Part shown: piece by piece, positions 12,001-16,409 of the stretch
Numbering within the stretch: the first letter of the stretch is position 1
Layout: every line of letters starts with the position of its first letter
NCBI GenBank assembly: GCA_964489445.1
Contig: CAZAYU010000002.1
Location: forward strand, 77,020 to 141,019
Direction of reading: 5' to 3'
DNA: 64,000 nt
Source of the DNA: an uncultured Planctomycetia bacterium
GTDB lineage: Bacteria > Omnitrophota > Gorgyraeia > Duberdicusellales > 4484-171
Position numbers and translations under genes: made by a program
The notes under the pieces: model-generated
The model's database searches: none
What the model was told of the DNA's origin: nothing
What the model saw: only the letters and a program-made list of their open reading frames with translations

Positions 12001-15000
12001 AGATCCAATAACTTATTTTAAAAGCGAAAAAGAGGAAATTAATTTCCAAGATTATTCGGAAACGATGAGTAAAAAATATGGTTTTAAAATGAGCTCTCAA
12101 GATAAAATCACAATTGACGGAGTTGGCTATGAATTTGTGGATTTCTCTGCTGTGCCGTCTGAGATAGTAAAAAGTATAATAAACACTTCGTCGTTAGAAT
12201 TAAACGAGGAATTTAAGGAGTCGCGTATTATTGCCTTTGGTTTAAATTATAACCCTAGATTAACCAGCTTCCTGCGGGTTATAAGCACATTAATTGAAGT
12301 GTATGGGCGCTTTAAGGAAAAAGACATCAGTTTACGAATCGTTCGCCTCTGGGATGAACAGGAGTTGAATTTTGAGAAACCGATAGAGTGCTATACTTTT
12401 CAAATTTCTCATAGTGAGCAAATTAAATTGGTTATCGAGAGCAAAACAAGATCTAAGGAAGCAGTTGTTGAGGCAATGAATATCGTTGCCTGTCTTCTGA
12501 CGCAACCGGAATTTGAAAACGGATTAAACTGTCGTAATGCTCCTGAAAAACAAAAATTCGATGAGCTCTTCCATAAATTTAGAATAATTTTGTCTTTGGA
12601 AGGATCGTCGCCTGATTCTCCTCTTTCTGTTGCTACCGCTGCCTCACCGAAGAGCACTAGCTCGCCTGTTAATAAAAATTGGCGCCAGAAACTTATAAAT
12701 GCCGCAGATGATTTAAGAGTATTAAAATTGGAAGGTATTATTTTAAGCCGGCTTAGTGATTTCGAAAGAACAATACTGCAAAAGCGTACGGAATTTCCTC
12801 CGGTAGATAGAAAAAATGTGGCTGCTGAACTAGGGTATCCAGTATGGAAGGTAGCCAATATTGAGCGAATGCTTTCGGTAAAGGTTCCGGCACTGTTAAA
12901 ATTATGGAAACATGCCGATGCAGTCTTAATAGCATTATTCAACGGCTGTAGGGTAAATATTAATTATATCGGTATAAAAAATATAGATTTGCTCAGCCGG
13001 ATGATTGAACCTGCTGTTCGTTTCAGTAAGAAAGAGACCGAATTAATGAAATTTTTGTGTCAGATTATCGAATACAGAGAACAAAAAAGCAGCGAAATTA
13101 ATAGTCTTATAGTAATCAAAAGAGAAATGTCTTTAGGAATTTTTCAAGTTAAACCATCTACGTGGAGAATATTTGTTCAGAACTTCCGTGGTACAGATGA
13201 TCCTCTTTCTTCATCATCTCTGGTTTTTAGTTCCAGTTTGTCGACGGAAATAGAAGAAGTAATTGCACAGACATTAACGTCTGTCGCCTCGCCGGTGAGT
13301 ATAAGTGAAAAAAGAATCAGGAAAGTAAGAATATTTTTAAAAGAGCACCTTAATCCTAACATCATCGGTATTATAGTACACGGCTCTACAGCTAGAGGTG
13401 ATGCCTTAGAAGAAAGCGATTTTGATTTTGGTTTAATTAAAATAAACGGCGATTTTACTTATGAATTGACTCAGGCGGACCTAGATTTTCACAGAGGGCT
13501 TTTAAGATGTTTGGCACCTGTGAAGGTAGATAACCAGCTTAAACCTCTAATTTGGAAAGGAGAGGAGGCTTTTAATAAATTTGTAAGTTTATATTTTTTG
13601 GAACGCAAATACGCTACTGCCATTGAAGATGTACCGTGGGTTAATAAGCTGGAAGCTTTTATTAAAAGTTACCGCATAATTGCGAGAAACAAAGAGCTGG
13701 AAAATATAATTTATCAAAGAATAGAGGATGCTAGAAAATCGATTATGAAATCTGTACGAAATAAAGAAAATAAAACAGCTTTTACCAGCTCGTCAATAGA
13801 TGGTAGCAAGAGGCAAAGGATTAATAATCTGGCTGAATATAAGAGGCTAATGAAATTGAATGCACAGTTGTTAGTACGAAGTAACACTGTTTCTTCGAGC
13901 TTTCCGGCGGAAAAAGATGGAGAGGTAGAACGCTCTTTGATAAGTGTGGATTCTTTTATGGATTTTACAGGGCCGGTTTATTATCCTGCCAGCGAATTGG
14001 ATTTAGAAAGTATGGTTTGGTTGGCGAGATTATTTCCAAAACTTAAGATGTTGATGTATGTCGATGTTTTGGATCCGGATGAAATGAATGCAGCAACTGT
14101 TTTTAAACCAGAGGAAGATGACGGTGAAGGTGTTAGTGGAGCATTTCGATATTATGGGCCCGACGATATGTCATTATTGCAGCGTCAGATGCAAAATAAA
14201 CTATCTCAATTTCAATATCATAATGAGGCTATTATTGATTACAAAAATACTGGGGTAGATATTATTTCGGTTGAAGACATGGAATTGCTACTTAAGGTAT
14301 CTTTTAAAAGAAACATCAAAAAAGCCCCGTGGCTAAATAGCAGAGTTATAGAAATTAATTTTTTAGTTTGTGATATTTTTGATTACAAAAAAATATTTAA
14401 CGTAATTTATGTTAACTATCCCGGATATTGTGGTGGCTTAGCAAGAGTAGAAGAATTTTGGGTATTAATGCGTAAGCAGATTTCTGAGCAGGGATGTTTG
14501 TTAGAGACAAATATACATCGTAAAACACCTAAAACTAGAGTTTTTAAGAAGAAACTTTTTTCTAAGACGGACCAGATAAAATTAACCCAATATCCGCGCA
14601 TAGATGTTTTACGACCGATAAAAATTATCTCTGCCTCGCCGCTAAACTACTCGAACTTAGCATTGGGTTCAGTAAGAGAATCCAGGGTTAGCTCGACAAT
14701 AAGTCATTGTTCCAAAGTTGTTTCGATAAGAAAATTAACGCTTGCTGATTTTGATGTGTCTAATTACTCATCTTCTTCTGTATCCGCAAGTTCTAATTTA
14801 GTGACAAGTAGTATTCTCGGTAATTTATACAATATGAGAAACATGTTCATTGCGTATCAGGATATTCTTAGTAGTTCCGGGAAGATGATTCAAGCGTGGG
14901 TTAATGAGTCAATAGCTGCTATGTATAAGCCGGATATTAGGTCAAAAGAGATCAGAAGAGCAAAAAAGATTACAGAGCTAATGCCTGATCCTCAAAGAAT

Positions 15001-15991
15001 AAGTCTTACGGACAATGGAAGATATAACTGGTTTGGTTGGTTTAATCTTGAGAATATTGATGTTTGGCGGATTTTAGGGTTTGGATGTATTGATCCTTGT
15101 CAATTTTGTCTACAGGAAAATGTAAAATCAAAAGCAGTTAATTATCCATTACCGGTGATTATCAAGTTGGTAATTGAAGAGAACCCAGCAGCGCAATTTA
15201 ATTTTTGGCATAATAATGAACCGTTTCAGTGGTATGATCCGTTTTTTAAGAGTTCCTTAGACGGACTAATTGAATTTACTGTACGACGATATCCGCATAT
15301 GTTTTTTTATGTGACAACAAGAGGCTTTGAATTGAGTGATTGTCGTTCAGAAAAGACTGCCAGAAATATTTGCAATTTGGTAAATGAATATCCGCAACTA
15401 AAGAATCGTATTTTTAATGTTTCTTTTCATCTTTGCTTAGGAACTCTTAAGTATGACATTATCCGCGCGATAGCATATCGGGGTAAACAGCCAGAAATAT
15501 TTAATCAAGTCCGAAAAAATTATATTGAAAGGTATAGAAATATCTTTTCAGCTTTAAACAGTGCAATTCAAAGAATTTATATTTATCGAGACGGTCCAAA
15601 TAATTTTTTAGGAGAAATTAATTGGGATATTTTTGCTAAAGCAACTCAAGAGATAGGGAGGCACGAATGGCAGGTAGAGTCACATACGATAGGCAATCAT
15701 GATTCTTATAATAAAAGCAGGGATTTTATCAACAGGCTTAAGCAGGCATTTAATGGCAAATATGTTAGGGCTTCTTATATGAGAATACAGAACCGGGATT
15801 TTATTCCAGAGGATAACGTTCCTCAGATAGAGACATTCAAGAGTGGAAAAGTTATTATTCGCAGTAATGGGGAGGAAATTGCAAGATCGACATTAGTTGA
15901 CTTAGATTATCATCCAGAAGCTGCGCTGAGAATTAATGGGTGCGGATTAGGTGTTGAGAGCAATTATGGTGCACCAATAAATGTTCAGTAA
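89..15991 (+). CDS. Giant multidomain protein of at least 5300 aa. The 5' end is uncertain. The first in-frame start-like codon is TTG at 89; a TTG at 122 has a GAGGA Shine-Dalgarno 7 nt upstream. The same frame is open, with no stop, back to window position 2, so the gene may begin upstream of the window.
   Basis: Single stop-free frame of 15.9 kb in an AT-rich sequence, which is impossible by chance. Codon and composition usage match the neighbouring genes. Multiple enzyme and HTH motifs are recognisable (listed as separate features). No N-terminal signal peptide. Confidence 0.85.
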   Translation: MSRVNGKEEEHLPSWQDRFSALKGFLEKEGISQDICIAVSYAVCSKIVDSRKLKYRLRFFQKYGFLTEKECRLLIKRKYIDWERFSQRIAEEYRVLINSSQKFTEKQVKLILKRGFSEQAACDLKNKYRKYGITKSELVQSMCNQDPEKYLGKLIMPRARADGNRMIFRRHLEDEIGVFFLPAERNEIIDGLLEFITGRKWEHNEVFVRKLNKLTQCNTITLKQKNMLLNIGRYASEAFTNQFKPKDVAQRIKQNMILYLDPSLQNGLVTPRQALFLVVRGYLYPEFKSIMNEYCLTKTELLEVIHGYSNPGEILEKLRPQRINYLHRKTKLPEYFIKIILIKRGSKITDGYLEDLLKEAKYLIKTYAIPVYIALNWYIRGNNAQSFKQRVVGLSRQEGLPIRLTYHLFFQRELTQKDINRNIIMLSESCGRILQEKKVAYQKMQESLSALEKDIYRDVSFVQAVIIRKKIEQLVKARPNNEILNGLKKEFGVKYHILQELVDLIFNQLKNDNLSEAIYSGARNKGVSLAVYRIVEARKEIKKIAKTASKEITDFQNNNLMYLYQKRKKASVRENSELKKCLSEKIVQRISGKLGGVLEESVIIELGEKIISGFFNTKNGKVKNKLERFRENGSLTLQQCALVESHRWQVFSRENWLDRLSDNLVFDVSRLKREFDFSDSLVINIILKGYYYSWICELYRQYPHLKKSFLDRMFRAEFPEKYLLCHCGPLDREVKAAQVFMKELTKSTDFSLPKQVEELLSQDYTYRQLVVLVLNARVNHSESNISLGKQAARYFVQAHLSIAEEIAKEYRYRYCSRQCIQEGTTALYEALKSYTPDYQSENGFPEHARKFIKQRYEQILKMTRKDYQNQNYHSVSIDAPAYGDSSRITKQEILGVNDIASGFGNNLHQLNPEDNIIFSEKAQNGSIKQKEEREDLRKNIFSDVARKLYQQKNISSAWLEILLSEINQYSGDSEDLSQQFNVDVEEVEKCLKIGLAKIGEHIIAHPELIAHFSISAVSEVKQKKGTLQYEEKKGSSSALKVVEHLCCNEEFIEITNCASYRHLRSPPKKIVIPECSYSLARFFRLSFGRASSPVNQDKNIAFKYNQNNPESIIAETFLARMYGNINPDRKAKILWQLLLGAGIIPFWQTAKIISKTIIFMVWATFCFKWNQKYREQFFKTVKEDLSCRYSKTAYIGNQTTACRVDFKERIQNRKIVEEFTQCIRKIFSSVIFIWCFTTFSCLMKFVDTLDGRAVIVYCFGLPEMVLFFVILPAAAYLFLINVIYNIDVIVRDLEKSLAIETSIISRKSSSNCDNSSSSSIERRYTSSLREISHIGEIIRELIRKDPFAAFSFNNEKLWMQIVPDKSNCLRYVIYPEVGEVRRLFFLRALNKPVGDPFVAPSGSLGQIIFFLNNSIEIEKLASGMFLEVQSNIWLRRMNPEMRNLLLRWIISAVQHIISAAHKEGIYDFYASTPKFIKSIYLRDGIRLDQGNLKKHYQRPFRRQWQKKDIEVLDKYVNYTDSNIVPLWYYNRESRLLKSSSSISIISGKEPEPISAVKINTNPLTSSQQVYLENAAKGRKIPSYYLNVIFEKFRKLELISSERESWDRCRPIVRLEALRVAMANHWIKPGNISFLEEVIRNPLSPKQQDILELILDLELDVRNFSRTYQILADKFKITVNSVANNHVRQIYKKLKVNSGLIKSGWGLVEAAKIAAESGYIKYDVSKYERFVQKYSKIELTVGEKKCLIKQIFGIDSEYVRSRDAKLMNAMSSCNRRIRNKLGIRKKWNRGDSMMPVADYVLRQDMISTEDIVTVAVSLPYITKIFSVDFLKVYFSRKHSARDIKEAFKVFLPGNVEKTKKIILFYICNVKQIIYPLTSGCLEALEDALRVNLPATVKQFGPTVFFGLFGEGEKDLGALVRKLISKRVHDFNPGDLSCRKEKLARVSIKEPEEEPEEEFKTANSANVEEIKMLTKFFSPEEFDPNLLYKVGEKILGNGFLLPVLEEKIDFIMGLLLDRNRRHDYVYAFLILKKAMEDHPQRTAELFIPHLFSKQLPINNDGLPFIEKLYKERNGWFDYFIHKLWPYLSQPLKNDISQLQNHKSLSSTGVDYWGMSSSSINYKNYNDYVCTNKETIVGSSAINNRPVKSFTELNKEEVFKLVPKGSRRHTRNVIRLVGQIGNVVGLAQKELCCLKYLACAHDIGKGNKNISHLFLSSEIWDKNAKERRLARKHSRYTVVILEKHFGIQLPHGERQIIFWHNRLKAINWKWVSSQNKLFWLILIIADIIDGSIDTSRKHKVGKNLKFDPAMTLKRIRIVVGDLLSADDNVKKIYNVVERLCFNEEFIETANRASYRHLRSPPEEIAIPKCGDSVSKSVYSGWKNGKAVSSSAVFRGVNYSASKIDIKEISIPNIRNHHYQIILKKTNNGNWPGICKVWVNSTSVGDLEYWVRETLVVLRRFYIKRKYRGEGIGQTVMHFIADLVWEKNIRFNTKTLLGISAVTDAVLVRTFCNAIENIVYGSLDDPKSTDKEDLLSKVNSGGGLNFRGDPIGLSALYPKEKEWPIFFESASSVVNADYCSSSLPVSISDELITEIKVLRRRDEPGYSNFMQLLDKANSYDIKAAIDRIEPYLRSYFILLLSKKDPEKLILKSISPMDILPLEKIADILSIDSSAFMIAQSADEYKNSISLYIPGETKLVKIFIRSLSMLPITISRFADNREPLPPYINEFLGRKGVKSCIIHDGYRTRVQLFYGLTWRFSIDYFELDSSLWGKGIGDILYVNLERYAKECGFTVISVEGGCPVEPKSEVFFARQGFSESFAIRDEGGRESNPQMTFIVFKKIISSAFADNSSSPMDKEDYKDFGQKQGSKEQAANEKEEIENALRKTRVRNEAAKIFGISPAQFYRKIKKHGIDLNTFSKKKGRLSDITKEKMEELIIRHKGSVAAIAYELKVSGTAVSLLLKKYGQADWAKEQRKKYGKIINKKRFQMMMSSWKKNRKTAVREVTRICFGEENINADDEIFFWEKENRIKVTKILDAVVKDIIGEGFHVIPEIRRNKFILACGLRELLVSAKAASSRELLKEAGLIPAGNCLDGLEVSSSALFNFGWRLALPVSRAINHYSLKCFRVKQPKSNLIVIDVKIGKEKKGCIKSLSSKRLILSAGESLPFKSCEIIDVKSIEFIEKDSRKKSSSSLKTIGFGSSDLSFDRCHKEAQRLIKTLQYKGIPWTDAYMRVLPEVEKVTKKYPDKWFISAINLGIAITKEGLLPCPILYYGVGLAVISSNASFDQYKQNLNCLKYWAEEISRIVWKNVNEEGEKYNFRQISTTKSKNIIWRNTAYRKIDDSLKSIEVNGITSSRRLRTALDESSGYSINWPSSCLVTFCSDQSEYKNYIIRFLSRCLGNGHSKNVNVKERLEENVSSSSVEIVFNSPDWEAIRNTELFSVVVPISGRTDDYNIFYQKTYDWLLYFFRLSLFKEQIADLLSYTLAEIFHDAVRKNLDLRAAYSLSGFFVLDNSTECAPVYLNAEFIQKANSQTDYQWLLSTQKEYAKQGPDYLLSEKIQKNRQDIDDDFRYGLAQFARLIYELPCCLKYAVSSIAPFKTTVEFTVKIMNLPDFVEKDVPICTLKKEKLQKAKVLLTSELSKWKNQLDLTLAFSGQENREHIFFRKGLMQLSMKNLISLRTFEEIREVLLSAHKIIFKIHENIITLPSLSGKEKLKISSGRLANINFNCAFLKQWLGELFKEIEVIENIGHHSNGKAKVRTLLPKKVSSSIMKAEKEAITSLAVISCLTRGEEELSLLDTSFYFPQYLRKKTSEFVYGSNNPVSSSAVKSNEYLFGLKIISMKIIYSENPESVLEQILQLSMRFAVEDGEMLMTKEYIKDEIENDSKDFNLAFVDAAGVIIGYLLTQESPRHPNALWFTFMGVEKERRNKGFAKMMMKIAALKAVEYNIERIKLGVRKENKIAIAMYERCGFQRDPITYFKSEKEEINFQDYSETMSKKYGFKMSSQDKITIDGVGYEFVDFSAVPSEIVKSIINTSSLELNEEFKESRIIAFGLNYNPRLTSFLRVISTLIEVYGRFKEKDISLRIVRLWDEQELNFEKPIECYTFQISHSEQIKLVIESKTRSKEAVVEAMNIVACLLTQPEFENGLNCRNAPEKQKFDELFHKFRIILSLEGSSPDSPLSVATAASPKSTSSPVNKNWRQKLINAADDLRVLKLEGIILSRLSDFERTILQKRTEFPPVDRKNVAAELGYPVWKVANIERMLSVKVPALLKLWKHADAVLIALFNGCRVNINYIGIKNIDLLSRMIEPAVRFSKKETELMKFLCQIIEYREQKSSEINSLIVIKREMSLGIFQVKPSTWRIFVQNFRGTDDPLSSSSLVFSSSLSTEIEEVIAQTLTSVASPVSISEKRIRKVRIFLKEHLNPNIIGIIVHGSTARGDALEESDFDFGLIKINGDFTYELTQADLDFHRGLLRCLAPVKVDNQLKPLIWKGEEAFNKFVSLYFLERKYATAIEDVPWVNKLEAFIKSYRIIARNKELENIIYQRIEDARKSIMKSVRNKENKTAFTSSSIDGSKRQRINNLAEYKRLMKLNAQLLVRSNTVSSSFPAEKDGEVERSLISVDSFMDFTGPVYYPASELDLESMVWLARLFPKLKMLMYVDVLDPDEMNAATVFKPEEDDGEGVSGAFRYYGPDDMSLLQRQMQNKLSQFQYHNEAIIDYKNTGVDIISVEDMELLLKVSFKRNIKKAPWLNSRVIEINFLVCDIFDYKKIFNVIYVNYPGYCGGLARVEEFWVLMRKQISEQGCLLETNIHRKTPKTRVFKKKLFSKTDQIKLTQYPRIDVLRPIKIISASPLNYSNLALGSVRESRVSSTISHCSKVVSIRKLTLADFDVSNYSSSSVSASSNLVTSSILGNLYNMRNMFIAYQDILSSSGKMIQAWVNESIAAMYKPDIRSKEIRRAKKITELMPDPQRISLTDNGRYNWFGWFNLENIDVWRILGFGCIDPCQFCLQENVKSKAVNYPLPVIIKLVIEENPAAQFNFWHNNEPFQWYDPFFKSSLDGLIEFTVRRYPHMFFYVTTRGFELSDCRSEKTARNICNLVNEYPQLKNRIFNVSFHLCLGTLKYDIIRAIAYRGKQPEIFNQVRKNYIERYRNIFSALNSAIQRIYIYRDGPNNFLGEINWDIFAKATQEIGRHEWQVESHTIGNHDSYNKSRDFINRLKQAFNGKYVRASYMRIQNRDFIPEDNVPQIETFKSGKVIIRSNGEEIARSTLVDLDYHPEAALRINGCGLGVESNYGAPINVQ
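2530..2700 (+). other. Sigma-70 region-2-like segment inside the giant ORF (CIQEGTTALYEALKSYTPDYQSENGFPEHARKFIKQRYEQIL).
   Basis: Resembles the sigma-70 r2 consensus (LIQEGNxGLMKAVEKFDPxxGxxFSTYAxxWIRQAI) in spacing and residue classes. Motif-level only. Confidence 0.35.
3208..3313 (+). repeat. Copy A of a 35-aa intragenic motif (VVEHLCCNEEFIEITNCASYRHLRSPPKKIVIPEC).
   Basis: About 80% nucleotide identity over roughly 105 nt to copy B at 7082..7186. The same reading frame is conserved. Confidence 0.85.
3480..3960 (+). other. Cluster of 3-4 hydrophobic, putative transmembrane, segments inside the giant ORF, about aa 1131-1291.
   Basis: Stretches IIFMVWATFCFKW, IFSSVIFIWCFTTFSCLM and AVIVYCFGLPEMVLFFVILPAAAYLFLINVIY are each 13-30 consecutive hydrophobic residues. 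Confidence 0.5.
5012..5180 (+). other. LuxR/GerE-type helix-turn-helix module inside the giant ORF (LSPKQQDILELILDLELDVRNFSRTYQILADKFKITVNSVANNHVRQIYKKLKV).
   Basis: Matches the LuxR-type pattern LSxRExxVLxLxxxGxSxxEIAxxLxISxxTVxxHxxxIxxKL. Confidence 0.45.
6590..6900 (+). other. HD-domain phosphohydrolase-like module inside the giant ORF. The HD dyad is at nt 6680..6685 (H2198-D2199).
   Basis: RRHTRNVIRLVGQIG...LKYLACAHDIGK has the HD-superfamily signature of a first His followed by the xxHDIGK motif. His and Asp residues further downstream fit the metal-ligand positions. Confidence 0.5.
7082..7186 (+). repeat. Copy B of the 35-aa intragenic motif (VVERLCFNEEFIETANRASYRHLRSPPEEIAIPKC).
   Basis: Paired with copy A at 3208..3313. 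The two copies are 3874 nt apart. Confidence 0.85.
7447..7640 (+). other. GNAT acetyltransferase-like core number 1 inside the giant ORF (RRFYIKRKYRGEGIGQTVMHF...).
   Basis: Matches the acetyl-CoA-binding motif A pattern R-x-x-G-x-G/A (YRGEGIGQTVM). Confidence 0.45.
8368..8500 (+). other. GNAT acetyltransferase-like core number 2 inside the giant ORF (LWGKGIGDILYVNLERYAKECGFTVISVE).
   Basis: WGKGIGDIL followed by an aromatic/acidic and GF segment is typical of GNAT motifs A and B. Confidence 0.4.
8707..8975 (+). other. Two tandem Fis/NtrC-type HTH motifs inside the giant ORF (NALRKTRVRNEAAKIFGISPAQFYRKIKKHGIDL and EELIIRHKGSVAAIAYELKVSGTAVSLLLKKYG).
   Basis: Both fit the C-terminal HTH of sigma-54 activators and Fis (AL..T.GN...AA..LGISR.TLYRKLKKYGI). 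Confidence 0.5.
11790..12010 (+). other. GNAT acetyltransferase-like core number 3 inside the giant ORF (VEKERRNKGFAKMMMKIAALKAVEYNIERIKLGVRKENKIAIAMYERCGFQ).
   Basis: RRNKGFAKMMM (motif A) followed by AIAMYERCGF (motif B, YxxxGF) is classic GNAT spacing. Confidence 0.5.
12737..12900 (+). other. Sigma-70 region-4-like HTH inside the giant ORF (LSDFERTILQKRTEFPPVDRKNVAAELGYPVWKVANIERMLSVKV).
   Basis: Resembles the r4 pattern LxxRERxVLxLRF...TLxEVGxxxGVTRERIRQIExKAL. Confidence 0.3.
13361..13445 (+). other. Minimal Pol-beta-type nucleotidyltransferase motif inside the giant ORF (IIGIIVHGSTARGDALEESDFDFGLI).
   Basis: hG[GS]x9-13Dh[DE]h signature: HGSTARGDALEESDFDF. Confidence 0.5.
15078..15988 (+). 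other. C-terminal radical-SAM-like segment of the giant ORF. Cys codons lie at nt 15086, 15098 and 15107 (C5000-x3-C5004-x2-C5007).
   Basis: GFGCIDPCQFC is a CxxxCxxC cluster. It is followed by WHNNEPFQW (GGEP-like) and YVTTRGF (TNG-like) at the expected spacing for a radical SAM core. Confidence 0.4.
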
Positions 15992-16069
15992 ACATAAGTC
16001 AAATATCTAATAATTTGGTAGAAAAAAAATATTGATGTGATAAAATAAAGTTATAAAGGAGGTAGATTA

Positions 16070-16381
16070 ATGAATATTCAAGGATTGAAGAATCGCAGGT
16101 TATTTGAAAGAACTCCTTGCGCTCTTCTGGGAGACTACAACAATAGCAATCATAAGGCAGTAGGAACCAAGTGCTATGACATATCTACAACTGGTGCCGG
16201 ATTATTTCTGTTTGAACGTCTAGCTAAGGGATTTGAAATGCAGCTTAACCTGATTACTAAAAAAATAGCGCCTTTATCTTTAGCCGGAAAAATTTGCTGG
16301 TGCCGAAAGGAAGCCACTGGCTATCGGGCTGGAATCGCTTTTAATAAAAGTTTAAATCTTCCCTTAGAGGCACTTGCCTAA
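16070..16381 (+). CDS. PilZ-domain protein, a putative c-di-GMP receptor.
   Basis: RRLFER (RxxxR) and DISTTGAGL (DxSxxG) motifs. A strong AAGGAGG Shine-Dalgarno lies 7 nt upstream. The start is 79 nt downstream of the giant ORF stop. Confidence 0.6.
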   Translation: MNIQGLKNRRLFERTPCALLGDYNNSNHKAVGTKCYDISTTGAGLFLFERLAKGFEMQLNLITKKIAPLSLAGKICWCRKEATGYRAGIAFNKSLNLPLEALA

Positions 16382-16409
16382 GAAAATTTCTGTTTAGTGT
16401 CTATCAATT

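Noticed and set aside
520-14601. Numerous 60-208-aa ORFs on the minus strand and in alternative plus frames inside the giant gene. Examples: 520..810, 4837..5463, 12409..12942.
   Set aside because: They lie entirely within, and antisense or out of frame to, a continuous 15.9-kb coding frame that has coherent motifs. Their translations are low-complexity. They are typical shadow ORFs of an AT-rich sequence.
89-15991. Possibility that the giant ORF is a secreted repeat adhesin/RTX-type giant protein, as with most known bacterial giant genes.
   Set aside because: There is no N-terminal signal peptide. There are no tandem Ig/cadherin/beta-helix-like repeats and no Gly-Asp nonapeptide repeats. 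The sequence is non-repetitive and rich in cytoplasmic enzyme and HTH motifs.
89-15991. Possibility that the giant ORF is an assembly artefact created by collapsing repeats.
   Set aside because: Internal repeats are limited to one 105-nt pair and short Ser motifs. The rest is unique sequence with a continuous frame. It still needs long-read confirmation.
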